This document shows, piece after piece, positions 26,534-36,196 of a stretch of DNA of 64,000 bases. The DNA comes from an uncultured Synergistaceae bacterium (GTDB taxonomy: Bacteria; Synergistota; Synergistia; Synergistales; Aminobacteriaceae). The notes under the pieces are model-generated. The model was not told where the DNA came from. It ran no database searches and was given only the letters and a program-made list of their open reading frames with translations. The stretch's first letter is position 1. Each line of letters begins with the position of its first letter. The translations under genes were made by a program, and so were the position numbers. The stretch is taken from the NCBI GenBank assembly GCA_964483085.1, contig CAYZZX010000002.1, positions 898-64,897 of the forward strand, given 5' to 3'.

Positions 26534-28247
26534 GGAGGTCTTCTCCCGGATCGCCGCCGGAGAGGTGGTGGAGCGGCCGATCTCCGTGGTGAAGGAGGCC
26601 GTTGAAAACTCCCTTGACGGAGGGGCGACGGAGATAAAAGTCTCCCTCTTCGAGGGAGGAAAGATGCGCATCGTGGTGGAGGATAATGGAAGAGGAATTG
26701 CCTACGAAGAGCTTCCCCTCGCCGCAGCCCCTCACGCAACGAGCAAGCTCCGCACCATCGAGGAGCTTGAGGCCGTCAGTTCCCTTGGATTTCGGGGAGA
26801 GGCCCTTGCAAGCATCTCCGCCGTGAGCCGCTTCGAGCTGCGCTCCCGGGCTGAGGGAGAGGAATCAGGGGGACTGCTGAAAATCGAAGGGGGGAAACAG
26901 CTGCTCCACACCCCCATCCCCTGCCGTCCGGGTACGAGGCTCTCCGTGGAGGACCTCTTTTACAATCTCCCCGCCCGGCGAAAGTTTCTCAAGTCGGCGG
27001 CGGCCGAAAGCCGGAGGGTCTTCTCCTTCCTCCGGGACATGGCCGTTGCCTACCCCGGAGTCGCCTTTTCGGAGGAGTCAGACGGAAAAGAGGGGTTCTC
27101 CTCTTCGGGAAACGGAAGCAGGGAGGATGTCCTCCGGCTCCTCTGGGGGGGAGAGGGGGAGATCCGCCGATGCGACACTGCAGCCGCCCATCTGAGCCTC
27201 GAAAGCTGGTTTCTGCCCTGTCCTGGCCGATCGCGGAGCACCGTCGTCACCTTCGTGAACGGACGCTCCGTGAACGACCCCCTTCTTCGGGGTGCCACGG
27301 GGTCTCTGTGCAGAACACTCGTGGGAAACTGGGTCTTCTTCTTCAGTCTCCCCGCTGATCTTCTTGACGTGAACATCCACCCCGCCAAGTGGGAGATCCG
27401 CTTCCGCTACCCCGGCGAGGTCTACGATACGGTGCAACAGGCCGTGCTGAACCTCTCCGGCTCCGCCCCCTCTCTTGCCCCTGAAAGCTTTTCTCTGGAA
27501 AAAGGGCGGGCGGGCATCCCGGGTCAAGGGGGGCCATTCAAAGGAGGGAGAGCCTTTCCTTCAGTAAGCCGCGGAGAGGATGCTCCGGCAGAGTCCCTCT
27601 TCGGCCGGGTGAGCGCCCCTCCTTCCACTCTCGAAGAAGGGGTATATACGGAGGATTCGCCCTTTCAGGAAAGTTCCGAAGGGGAGATTCGCTTTCTCGG
27701 ACAGATCGCTTCGGGATATCTGCTCTTCGAGACGGAGGCGGGAGTGGCCCTCATGGACCCCCATGCGGCCCATGAGCGCATCGGTTATGAGCGGGCGCAG
27801 AAGCTCTCGAGGGACTCCCTCACTCTCTCCCGCTGCGCCCTTCCTCTTCCCGTGCCGCCCTCCCTCTCCCTGGCAGTCTCCGGCCACCGGCAGGCCCTTG
27901 AGGATATCGGTTTTTCCTTTTCCTCCGGCGAAGGAGGCATTTTCCTCGAAGGATATCCCTCCCTCCCCGGAGGTCTCGGTGAAGACCCTCTCCGCCTGCT
28001 GCGCTCGGTCCTGACCGTGTGGACGGAGGACCGGACGGCCCCCCTCGAAGAGGTCCTCTGGAAGAGGCTCGCCACGGCCGCCTGCGGCCTGTCGGTCAAA
28101 CTGACCACGAGGCTCTCTCCCTCGGAAGCCCTGGCGCTTTGGCGGAATCTTCAACTCTGCGAAGCCCCCTGGACGTGCCCTCACGGACGCCCCACGGTGC
28201 TCGCCCTTGACAGCGGAAAGCTGCAATCCTTTTTCGGAAGGGAGTAA
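26511..28247 (+). CDS. mutL: DNA mismatch repair protein MutL
   Basis: 578-aa ORF with the GHKL ATPase N-terminus (IAAGEVVERPISVVKEAVENSLDGGAT, DNGRGI, LGFRGEALASI). The C-terminal dimerisation domain ends CPHGRPT. Confidence 0.95.
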   Translation: MKISLLPEEVFSRIAAGEVVERPISVVKEAVENSLDGGATEIKVSLFEGGKMRIVVEDNGRGIAYEELPLAAAPHATSKLRTIEELEAVSSLGFRGEALASISAVSRFELRSRAEGEESGGLLKIEGGKQLLHTPIPCRPGTRLSVEDLFYNLPARRKFLKSAAAESRRVFSFLRDMAVAYPGVAFSEESDGKEGFSSSGNGSREDVLRLLWGGEGEIRRCDTAAAHLSLESWFLPCPGRSRSTVVTFVNGRSVNDPLLRGATGSLCRTLVGNWVFFFSLPADLLDVNIHPAKWEIRFRYPGEVYDTVQQAVLNLSGSAPSLAPESFSLEKGRAGIPGQGGPFKGGRAFPSVSRGEDAPAESLFGRVSAPPSTLEEGVYTEDSPFQESSEGEIRFLGQIASGYLLFETEAGVALMDPHAAHERIGYERAQKLSRDSLTLSRCALPLPVPPSLSLAVSGHRQALEDIGFSFSSGEGGIFLEGYPSLPGGLGEDPLRLLRSVLTVWTEDRTAPLEEVLWKRLATAACGLSVKLTTRLSPSEALALWRNLQLCEAPWTCPHGRPTVLALDSGKLQSFFGRE

Positions 28248-28252
28248 AAATA

Positions 28253-29209
28253 ATGGATAAAAAAAAGCCCCTTCCTGTGATCGCCATCGTCGGCCCCACA
28301 GCAGTCGGAAAGACTGCCGTCAGCATAGAACTGGCAAAACGGGTGGGCGGTGAGGTCATCTCCGTGGATTCACGGCAGGTCTACCGGTATCTCGATGTGG
28401 GAGCGGACAAAATTTCACCCTCCATCAGAAGAGAAGTGCTTCACCATATGATCGATGTGGTCGATCCGGACCAGGTCTTCTCGGCGGCGGATTTCGCCCT
28501 CGGGTGCCGGGACGCCGTGGAGCGGATTCAGGCCCGGGGGAGGATACCCCTCTTCGCGGGGGGGACCCCCTTTTATTATGAGGCCTTCTTCGGATCGGGG
28601 CTGTCGAAAAATCTTCCCCGGGACGGTGCGGTCCGCAGGGAGCTCGAGGACTTTGCCCGACAGGAGGGAAAAAAGGCCCTTCATGACCAGCTGCGCCAGG
28701 ACGATCCCGAGACGGCCGACCGTCTTCATGAAAACGATGTCCGCAGAGTCGTCCGGGCCCTTGAGATCTTCCGCCTTACGGGCAGAAGTGCATCCTCATG
28801 GTATGCAGAGGATGAAAGACTGATTCCGGCTGACCTCTACGACGTCCTCTATATCGGCCTGACCCGCCCGCGCCCTCTACTTATTGAGGCCATTGAAAGA
28901 CGGGTATGGGAGCAGTTCGCCTCGGGGTTTCCCGAAGAGGTGGAATGGCTGCTGGCCCAGGGGTTCGACGAAAGATTTCCCTCCATGCAGGGGTTCGGCT
29001 ATCGGGAGCTTGTCCAGTACTTCCGGGGGGAGATAACCCTTGAAGAAGCCGCTGAGGGGGATATCCGGGCGACGAAGGCCTTTTCCCGGCGGCAGATGAC
29101 GTGGTTCAGCAAATTTTCTCCAATTCTATGGTATGATACTACGGCTTGCATTATTCCGGACTTAGTTGCTGAGATCGAAAAGGAGGTCCGGGCGCATCTT
29201 GAGAAATAA
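28253..29209 (+). CDS. miaA: tRNA dimethylallyltransferase
   Basis: 318-aa ORF with the P-loop IVGPTAVGKTAVSIELA, then SVDSRQVYRYLDVGADK and FAGGTPFYYEAF. Confidence 0.95.
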   Translation: MDKKKPLPVIAIVGPTAVGKTAVSIELAKRVGGEVISVDSRQVYRYLDVGADKISPSIRREVLHHMIDVVDPDQVFSAADFALGCRDAVERIQARGRIPLFAGGTPFYYEAFFGSGLSKNLPRDGAVRRELEDFARQEGKKALHDQLRQDDPETADRLHENDVRRVVRALEIFRLTGRSASSWYAEDERLIPADLYDVLYIGLTRPRPLLIEAIERRVWEQFASGFPEEVEWLLAQGFDERFPSMQGFGYRELVQYFRGEITLEEAAEGDIRATKAFSRRQMTWFSKFSPILWYDTTACIIPDLVAEIEKEVRAHLEK

Positions 29210-30074
29210 ATGTACACGAGAGATAGTAGTAGCTTCTCCCACGGGATTCTGTTTCGGCGTGAAACGAGCCATCGAAAGTCTCGAGAAGAGCATCGATGAA
29301 TGCTCCGCCCGACAGGAAGGGCACAGGAAGGTTTATTCCATCGGAATGCCCATTCACAACCCTCAGGAGGTGGAACGCCTCACTCGCAAGGGGCTCGTGG
29401 TCGTGGAAAAAATTGAGGATGTCCCTCCGGGAGCCTCGGTTTTCATCCGGGCTCACGGTGTGTCTCCTGCGGTGAAGGATGCCCTCGTAAGACGATGTGG
29501 CAGTGGAGTGACCGATGCTACCTGCCCCTTTGTCAAAAATGCTCAGGAGAAGGCAGCTCTTCTCTCCCGGGAGGGGTATCCGGTTCTTGTGCTCGGAGAT
29601 CCCGGCCATCCCGAAGTGCAGGCCATCGTCGGATGTTCAGGAGGAGAGGTCTTCGTCGCATCCTCCCTTGCAGAAGTTGAAAAACTTTGCAAAAAGGATC
29701 GATTGGGAGTAATATCGCAGACGACACAGAAAAGCGAAATCCTCGGAGCAGCCGCAAAGATCCTCGCTCCCCGGGTGCGGGAGCTGCGAATTTTCAATAC
29801 AATTTGCGGTGCTACAACCCAGAGGCAGGAAGCGGTCAGAAAAATCACTGGCCACGTGGACGGCCTCCTCGTCGTGGGCGGAAAGAACAGCGCTAACACG
29901 GCAAAGCTTGTGGAGATCGCCCAGTCGAGAAATTGCGACGTTCTGTGGATCGAGCAGGCACAAGATGTTCACTGCGAATGGTTTCGCGGAAAGAAAAAAA
30001 TCGGCATCGCGGCCGGCGCTAGCACGCCGGACTGGATCATAAATGAACTGACAAACGCTATAGAGACATCGTAG
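29199..30074 (+). CDS. ispH: 4-hydroxy-3-methylbut-2-enyl diphosphate reductase
   Basis: The frame has no ATG near the conserved N-terminus (SPTGFCFGVKRAIE). Candidate starts are TTG 29199, which lies 13 nt after aggagg, and TTG 29166, the track start. It contains AHGVSP, TCPFV and VVGGKNSANTAKL, and overlaps the miaA 3' end. Confidence 0.88.
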   Translation: MRNKCTREIVVASPTGFCFGVKRAIESLEKSIDECSARQEGHRKVYSIGMPIHNPQEVERLTRKGLVVVEKIEDVPPGASVFIRAHGVSPAVKDALVRRCGSGVTDATCPFVKNAQEKAALLSREGYPVLVLGDPGHPEVQAIVGCSGGEVFVASSLAEVEKLCKKDRLGVISQTTQKSEILGAAAKILAPRVRELRIFNTICGATTQRQEAVRKITGHVDGLLVVGGKNSANTAKLVEIAQSRNCDVLWIEQAQDVHCEWFRGKKKIGIAAGASTPDWIINELTNAIETS

Positions 30075-30096
30075 GAGTCAAGGGGGATGGAAGATT

Positions 30097-31755
30097 ATGA
30101 CGGAAGAAATGAGAAAGAACGAGCTTCAGGACGAGCTTCAAACAGAGGAATCTGTAGAGGAACAGAAAGTGGAACATGCGTGTGAAACGAATTTGGAGTC
30201 GGAGGAACAAATCTGCGATTCCACCGAAGAAGTTCCGGAGGATTCAGCCGATATCGAGGTAGAATCGGACGAGCCTGAGACCATGGAGAGCATGCTGGAA
30301 TTGTACGGCGACGGCGAAGAAATCCAGCGGGGAAAGGTCGTCCAGGGAACGGTTGTGAACGCCGTGGACGGTGGCTGGCTCATTGACGTCGGGTACAAAT
30401 GCGAAGGATTTCTCCCGGCCAGGGAATGGTCCCACCGGGTTCTGGTCGAGGACGCCGAGGAACCAAAAGTAGACGACAAGATTTCCGTTCAGGTGGTCAG
30501 CATCCGCCACGGCGAAGAAGCCCAGCTCACCGTGAGCAGATGGCGGAGCGAATTCGACCGCCGCTGGAACGAGCTTGAACATAAATTGTCAGAGAATGAC
30601 GTGCTCACCGTAAGGGGTATCCGCAAGGTCAAGGGCGGTCTCATGGTCGAATCCTGCGGCCTTGAGGGGTTTGTACCCATCTCGCACCTGGCCGAAGAGG
30701 GCAGGGGAGTCAACCCCGGCAAATTCGTCGATGAAGAGTTTGAAGCCAAACTCCTCGAGCGGGACAAGAAAAAGCACCGTCTTGTCTTCTCCAGAAGACA
30801 GATCGTGGAGGAGACCCTTTCAAGCGAGAGAGAAGATTTCTATACCAACGTCAGCGAAGGAACGGTGCTCGATGGTGAAGTGAGCAGCATCACCTCCTTC
30901 GGTGTCTTCGTGAACGTCGGACCCATGGACGGACTCGTTCACATGAGCGAACTCTCCTGGAAGAGAAATATCAAACCCAAGGAGATGTTCAAGAAGGGCG
31001 ATCCCGTGAAGGTCAAGGTTATCGGCATCGACCGGGAAAAGAACCGCCTCTCCCTCAGCATTAAACAGACTCAGGATGATCCCTGGCTGAGCGCGGCAGA
31101 CCGCTGGAAGAGCAACGACCGCGCCTCTGGAATGGTCACAAATGTGACCGATTTCGGTGCCTTCATCGAAGTGGAGCCGGGAATCGAAGGCCTTATCCAT
31201 ATCGGCGACCTCAGCTGGACCCGGATCAAGCACCCCCGGGATGTCCTTCGAAAGGGACAGGAAGTGGAAGTCGTCGTCCTTGATGTAGACATGGAGAAGA
31301 AGCGGATGAGCCTGGGATACAAGCAGCTCAATGATCCGTGGAGCGATGTGGCCACCCGGTACTCCAAGGACCAGGATATTGAAGTCAAGGTTGTCCGTCT
31401 CGCCGACTTCGGTGCCTTCGTAGAAATCGAAGAGGGCGTGGAGGGTCTTATTCATATCTCCCAGCTCAGCACCCGGCGGGTTGAAAAGCCCGGCGACGTC
31501 CTCGAAGAGGGTCAGGAAGTGACGGCCCGGGTCATCGAGATCAACCCGGCAGAACGGCGGATGCGCCTGAGCATCAGCGCCCTCGAAGAGCCTGCTCAGC
31601 AGCAGACACAGCAGCAGCGCCGCCCCCGGGACGATGACCGGCGCAGAGGCCGGACGGACCGACAGGATCACGACCGTCAGCCCAAGAACGTCGGAAACGA
31701 CGGAGAGGCCAGCGTAACTATTGGAGAGTTTCTGAAGAACTTCCAGCAGGACTGA
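30097..31755 (+). CDS. rpsA: 30S ribosomal protein S1 (acidic N-extension, basic Gln/Arg-rich tail)
   Basis: 552-aa ORF with repeated S1 domains (GKVVQGTVVNAVDGGWLIDVGYKCEGFLP; GTVLDGEVSSITSFGVFVNVG; ASGMVTNVTDFGAFIEVEPGIEGLIHI; IEVKVVRLADFGAFVEIEEGVEGLIHIS). Confidence 0.93.
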   Translation: MTEEMRKNELQDELQTEESVEEQKVEHACETNLESEEQICDSTEEVPEDSADIEVESDEPETMESMLELYGDGEEIQRGKVVQGTVVNAVDGGWLIDVGYKCEGFLPAREWSHRVLVEDAEEPKVDDKISVQVVSIRHGEEAQLTVSRWRSEFDRRWNELEHKLSENDVLTVRGIRKVKGGLMVESCGLEGFVPISHLAEEGRGVNPGKFVDEEFEAKLLERDKKKHRLVFSRRQIVEETLSSEREDFYTNVSEGTVLDGEVSSITSFGVFVNVGPMDGLVHMSELSWKRNIKPKEMFKKGDPVKVKVIGIDREKNRLSLSIKQTQDDPWLSAADRWKSNDRASGMVTNVTDFGAFIEVEPGIEGLIHIGDLSWTRIKHPRDVLRKGQEVEVVVLDVDMEKKRMSLGYKQLNDPWSDVATRYSKDQDIEVKVVRLADFGAFVEIEEGVEGLIHISQLSTRRVEKPGDVLEEGQEVTARVIEINPAERRMRLSISALEEPAQQQTQQQRRPRDDDRRRGRTDRQDHDRQPKNVGNDGEASVTIGEFLKNFQQD

Positions 31756-31763
31756 ATTCACCG

Positions 31764-31799
31764 GGAGGTCGTCGGAAAAAAAGACGGCCTCCTTTTTTT
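31764..31799 (+). terminator. Rho-independent terminator after rpsA
   Basis: A 10-bp stem pairs ggaggtcgtc (31764-31773) with gacggcctcc (31783-31792), including one G-U pair. A T7 run follows at 31793-31799. Confidence 0.8.
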
Positions 31800-31832
31800 A
31801 CTCTGAAATAAGAAAAGAGTGGAAAAATACCC

Positions 31833-32351
31833 ATGAACGATCTTCACCTCCGGGTCTTTCCCGACCCTGTCCTCCGGGACAAAACACGACCCGTCACAGT
31901 TTTTGATGATTCTCTGAAGGATTTTGTGGCCGACCTGGTGCGTATTATGCACACCGAGGACGGCGTCGGCCTCGCCGCTCCCCAGGTGGGAGTTCCGTTA
32001 AAGCTCGCTGTGGTATTTTTCGAGGGAGTTCTTCACGTGCTTATCAACCCCTGCGTCACCTCAACCGAGGGAGAGCAGACGGGTGAGGAAGGCTGCCTCA
32101 GCTTTCCCGGCATTTATGGTACGGTGGTGCGGCCCGAGAAAATCACCCTGACCTGTCAGGATATCAACGGCAAGAACATGACCACCGAAGTCTCTGGGTT
32201 TCTTGCCCGGGCCTTTTTACACGAGATGGATCATCTCGATGGAAAATTGCTTATTGATCATTTCTCTCCTCTCAAGCGCTCCATGGTACGGAAGAAACTC
32301 CTCAGAAATGCGTCGGAACCGGCGGAAAAACACAGAGGGAGAAAAAAGTGA
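31833..32351 (+). CDS. def: Peptide deformylase
   Basis: 172-aa ORF with the three deformylase motifs GVGLAAPQVG, EGCLSFPG and HEMDHLDG. Confidence 0.95.
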   Translation: MNDLHLRVFPDPVLRDKTRPVTVFDDSLKDFVADLVRIMHTEDGVGLAAPQVGVPLKLAVVFFEGVLHVLINPCVTSTEGEQTGEEGCLSFPGIYGTVVRPEKITLTCQDINGKNMTTEVSGFLARAFLHEMDHLDGKLLIDHFSPLKRSMVRKKLLRNASEPAEKHRGRKK

Positions 32352-33298
32352 TCTCCCCCTCCGGGGACACCCTGCCCGACCTCTGGTTCTTCGGCACAGG
32401 CACCTTTGCCGCGGAATGTCTTGAGAACCTGTCGGGCAAAGTCCACTTCTCTCTGGTGGTGACATCCCCTCCGTCCCGGGGCGGCCGGGGGCTTTCATAT
32501 CACCCCTCACCGGTCGAAAAACACTGTACGTCCCGCTCTCTCCCCGTATTTTCATCTTCCTCTGTTTCAACGGACGAGAAAATCCTCTCCCTTCTGGGCC
32601 AAAAACCGCCTCTCTCGATTCTCGTGGTGGATTTCGGCCAGAAGATCAAGGAGCCGTTCCTCTCTACCCCCACCTGGGGATGCCTGAACATTCACCCATC
32701 CCTCCTCCCGCGGTACCGCGGAGCTGCCCCGGTTCAGCGGGCGCTTATGGAGGGTGAAACCCCTACGGGGGTCACTCTTTTTCGCCTGACGGAAGGCATG
32801 GATGAGGGCCCCGTTCTTCTTCAGAGATCCTATACTCCCCGGCAGGACGAAACAGCAGGAGAAGTTCTCTCCGCACTGTCTCAAATAGGTAGCGAACTTT
32901 ATCTTTTAGGTGTAAAATGCATGATTGAAGGTACTTGTAAGTTTACACCGCAAAATTCTGAATTGGCGACAAGTGCTCCTAAAATCTCTTCCTCAGAAGG
33001 TGAAATCCTATGGAGCAGACCGGCGGAGGTTCTTGCCGATCTCGTTCGTTCTCTCAATCCGGCGCCGGGGGCTTTTTTCCATATGAATTCAAAAAGGATA
33101 AAGGTCTGGAAGGCCCTTCGCGCCCAGCTCTCCGGTACGCCCGGTACAGTTCTTGATTTTCATGAAGGCCGCCCAGTAGTCGCGGCTGGCAGAGGATCGC
33201 TGGAGCTTCATTCCGTTCAGCCTGAGGGGAAGAAACGCCTTGAAGGAGCTGATTGGGCCCGGGGCCTCCGCCTGAAGAAAGGAGATGTTCTCCTGTGA
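32348..33298 (+). CDS. fmt: Methionyl-tRNA formyltransferase
   Basis: 316-aa ORF whose GTG start overlaps the def stop (GTGA). It contains FFGTGTFA, LNIHPSLLPRYRGAAPVQRAL and the C-terminal OB-like domain. Confidence 0.95.
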   Translation: MISPSGDTLPDLWFFGTGTFAAECLENLSGKVHFSLVVTSPPSRGGRGLSYHPSPVEKHCTSRSLPVFSSSSVSTDEKILSLLGQKPPLSILVVDFGQKIKEPFLSTPTWGCLNIHPSLLPRYRGAAPVQRALMEGETPTGVTLFRLTEGMDEGPVLLQRSYTPRQDETAGEVLSALSQIGSELYLLGVKCMIEGTCKFTPQNSELATSAPKISSSEGEILWSRPAEVLADLVRSLNPAPGAFFHMNSKRIKVWKALRAQLSGTPGTVLDFHEGRPVVAAGRGSLELHSVQPEGKKRLEGADWARGLRLKKGDVLL

Positions 33299-34089
33299 AG
33301 AAACCGGATATTTCGCTCTATTCACATCTTATGCACTCCGCACTCTCCGCACTCTCTCCGCGGGTCGACTGGCCAAAGGCAATCGCCGTCACCGGAGCCC
33401 TCGGTTCCGGAAAGACCGAATGGGTTCTCAATCTGGCCCTCGGCTTTAAAAGCCTCGGAGAGACCATTACCATTGCGGATATGGACGTCATCAACCCCTA
33501 CTTCTGCATTCGTCAGGTCGCCGAAGTCCTTGGAGATAAGGGCTTCAAAATCATCACTCCCCCTGAAAGCTCCCGGTGGTCTGATATGTCCATCGTCTCC
33601 CCCCAGGTCCTCTGGGCGCTCGGAGAGGACTCGGGACGCCTTCTTCTTGATATCGGCGGCGACGCCGAGGGAGCTCTCGCCCTGAAGCAGTTTGAACCGG
33701 ACATCAAAGAAGCGGGGTACCTTCTCATTCTCATAGTGAACTCCTTCCGGCCCCAGACTTCAACTCCGGAAGCAATAGGGAAAATGCTGCGGAAAATGGA
33801 GCAGATCGGAGGCCTTTCCGTAGGAGCGCTCATAAGTAATTCTCATCTTATGGTAGAGACGACACCTTCAGATGTGGCCGATGGACTGGCGGTGGTGACA
33901 GAAGCGGGGAAAAGACTCGGCCTGCCGGTCCTCTGCGCGGGAGTTTCTCCCGACCTCCATAGCCGCACAGCCGAAATCTTCGCCGAGCGGGAAATATCAG
34001 TCCCTCTGTGGCCTCTTTTCCGGTATATGATGCTGCCATGGGAAGAGGGCGCCATGTGGTCGCAGGGAACAGCGAAACGCAAGGATTAA
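33295..34089 (+). CDS. P-loop NTPase of unclear family (SIMIBI/G3E-like)
   Basis: GTG 33295 overlaps the fmt stop (GTGA); the track ORF start at 33253 lies inside fmt. Walker A is VTGALGSGKT. A Walker B-like LLLDIGGDAEGA recalls the UreG/HypB ESGGDN motif. No clear NKxD motif is present (LISNSH). Confidence 0.75.
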   Translation: MKKPDISLYSHLMHSALSALSPRVDWPKAIAVTGALGSGKTEWVLNLALGFKSLGETITIADMDVINPYFCIRQVAEVLGDKGFKIITPPESSRWSDMSIVSPQVLWALGEDSGRLLLDIGGDAEGALALKQFEPDIKEAGYLLILIVNSFRPQTSTPEAIGKMLRKMEQIGGLSVGALISNSHLMVETTPSDVADGLAVVTEAGKRLGLPVLCAGVSPDLHSRTAEIFAEREISVPLWPLFRYMMLPWEEGAMWSQGTAKRKD

Positions 34090-34114
34090 TTCTTTCTGAA
34101 AAGGAGTGAAGGAA

Positions 34115-34330
34115 ATGCCGAAGGGTCGCGTTGAAATTCTCGAACAGTACTGCAAAAGCTGCGGACTCTGCGTAGCGGTATGCCCGACGAAAGTTCTCCG
34201 GATTTCGGAGAAGACGAACGTCAGGGGATATCGGCCGGTGGAGCAGTTCAAAGAAGGGTGCATCGGCTGCGCACTGTGCGCCATAACCTGTCCCGATGCC
34301 GCGATTGAAGTGTTCAAAATTGAGGAGTAA
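34115..34330 (+). CDS. korD: 2-oxoacid:ferredoxin oxidoreductase delta subunit (2x[4Fe-4S] ferredoxin)
   Basis: Two CxxCxxCxxxCP motifs are present (CKSCGLCVAVCP and CIGCALCAITCP). ATG 34115 lies 9 nt after aaaaggag; the track start GTG 34106 is also possible. Confidence 0.8.
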   Translation: MPKGRVEILEQYCKSCGLCVAVCPTKVLRISEKTNVRGYRPVEQFKEGCIGCALCAITCPDAAIEVFKIEE

Positions 34331-34356
34331 TACTGACCCCCGGAGGTGAAATAGAT

Positions 34357-35418
34357 ATGGGACGCGTATTGATGAAAGGAACTGAAGCTATAGCGGAAGC
34401 GGCCATTCAGGCCGGATGCAAATTCTTTTTCGGGTACCCCATCACTCCCCAGAACGAAATTCCCGAATATATGTCCGCCCATCTCCCCAGGGTGGGAGGC
34501 ACCTATGTCCAGGCGGAGAGCGAAGTCGCCTCGATCAACATGGTCATGGGCGGCGGTGCGACAGGCTACCGGGTGATGACCTCATCGTCGAGCCCCGGAA
34601 TCTCCCTCATGTCCGAGGGGATTTCCTATATCGCGGGAGCTGAAATTCCCGCAGTGATCGTGAACGTCATGCGGGCCGGACCAGGTCTCGGCGGCATTCT
34701 TCCCGGCCAGGCGGACTATCTTCAGTCCACAAAGGGCGGCGGCAACGGAGACTACAATCTCATCGTCCTCGCACCGAGCACGCTGCAGGAGTGCGTCGAT
34801 CTGACCCAGCTTTCCTTTGAACTCGCACAGAAATACCGCAATCCCGTCATGGTAGCCGCCGACGGCTTCATGGGGCAGATGATGGAGGCAGTGGAGATCC
34901 ATCCAAGCGCCACGAAGGATGACCCGGCAGACACGAGCTGGGGCCTTGGCTTCATGGGAGAGCGGGGCGGCAAACGAAGCCATCTTCACAGCCTCTTCCT
35001 GACTCCTGAACCCCTTGAGGCCCATAACCACAGACTTCAGGAGAAGTACGGACGTATGAAGGAAGCAGAGCAGCGGTGCGAGACCTACCATGTTGAAGAC
35101 GCAGAGCTGCTCATCGCCGCCTACGGAACGACCGCGCGCATCTCCCGTTCTGCCGTGAACAATCTCCGGGCAGAGGGGCTTAAGGTCGGAATGATTCGCC
35201 CCATCACGCTGTGGCCCTATCCCACGGATGCCTTCCAGGCTCTTCCCGATGGGATCCGCCATATTCTTGTGGCGGAGATGAACGCCGGACAGATGATCGA
35301 CGACGTAAAGGTCGCCACGAACTGCCGGTATCCGGTCTCTTTCTACGGCCGCATGGGCGGTTTCGCCCCTTCGGTCAAGGAGATTGAGGACGAATGCAGG
35401 CGGCTTCTCGCCCTGTAA
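34357..35418 (+). CDS. korA: 2-oxoacid (probably 2-oxoglutarate):ferredoxin oxidoreductase alpha subunit
   Basis: 353-aa ORF reading LMKGTEAIAEAAIQAGCKFFFGYPITPQNEI ... AESEVASINMVMGG. The D-A-B-G gene order and the subunit sizes match OorDABC/KorDABG-type enzymes. Substrate assignment is an inference. Confidence 0.85.
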   Translation: MGRVLMKGTEAIAEAAIQAGCKFFFGYPITPQNEIPEYMSAHLPRVGGTYVQAESEVASINMVMGGGATGYRVMTSSSSPGISLMSEGISYIAGAEIPAVIVNVMRAGPGLGGILPGQADYLQSTKGGGNGDYNLIVLAPSTLQECVDLTQLSFELAQKYRNPVMVAADGFMGQMMEAVEIHPSATKDDPADTSWGLGFMGERGGKRSHLHSLFLTPEPLEAHNHRLQEKYGRMKEAEQRCETYHVEDAELLIAAYGTTARISRSAVNNLRAEGLKVGMIRPITLWPYPTDAFQALPDGIRHILVAEMNAGQMIDDVKVATNCRYPVSFYGRMGGFAPSVKEIEDECRRLLAL

Positions 35419-35433
35419 AGGAGGGAAAAGACT

Positions 35434-36180
35434 ATGAGTGAAGTGAAAGTTTACGCCCGCCCGGTCAGCTGGATGCCCGATGTCAGCAGCCACTACTGCC
35501 CAGGATGCGGCCACGGAATTGCCCATCGCCTCGTGTGTGAGACCATCGACGAGCTGGGGATTCAGAACGATACTATCGGCGTCGCTTCCGTAGGATGCTC
35601 CGCCATGATCTACGACTATATAGACATAGACTACTGCGAAGCCCCTCACGGAAGGGCACCCGCGGTGGCCACGGGGCTGAAGACCGTGCGCCCCGATAAG
35701 ATCGTCTTCACCTATCAGGGAGACGGAGACCTGGCTTCCATCGGCATGGGGGAGATCGTCCACGCCGCGAACCGGGGACAGAACATCACCGTCGTGTTCA
35801 TAAACAACGCCATCTACGGAATGACGGGCGGACAGATGGCCCCAACGACCCTCATCGGCCAGAAAACCACCACCTCCCCCCTCGGACGGGATGAAAAGGT
35901 GAACGGATATCCCATCCGTATCAGCGAGATGCTCGCCACCCTTCCCGCACCGGGATACATCGCCAGGGTCTCCGTAGCGCAGCCGAAATATACGATAAAG
36001 GCCAAGGCCGCCATCAAAAAAGCCTTCCAGAATCAGATCGACGGAAAGGGCTTTTCCCTTGTGGAGGTGCTTTCGTCGTGCCCCACAAACTGGGGAATGC
36101 GTGCAGTGGAGTCCTTTGACTGGCTGATTGACTCAATGATGCCCTATTATCCCCTTGGAACCTTCAAGGACTTTGAGTAG
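35434..36180 (+). CDS. korB: 2-oxoacid:ferredoxin oxidoreductase beta subunit (TPP-binding)
   Basis: 248-aa ORF with YCPGCGHG at the N-terminus and the TPP motif GDGDLASIGMGEIVHAANRGQNITVVFINNAIYGMTGGQ. Confidence 0.9.
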   Translation: MSEVKVYARPVSWMPDVSSHYCPGCGHGIAHRLVCETIDELGIQNDTIGVASVGCSAMIYDYIDIDYCEAPHGRAPAVATGLKTVRPDKIVFTYQGDGDLASIGMGEIVHAANRGQNITVVFINNAIYGMTGGQMAPTTLIGQKTTTSPLGRDEKVNGYPIRISEMLATLPAPGYIARVSVAQPKYTIKAKAAIKKAFQNQIDGKGFSLVEVLSSCPTNWGMRAVESFDWLIDSMMPYYPLGTFKDFE

Positions 36181-36196
36181 AGAGGGGGAGGAAAAG

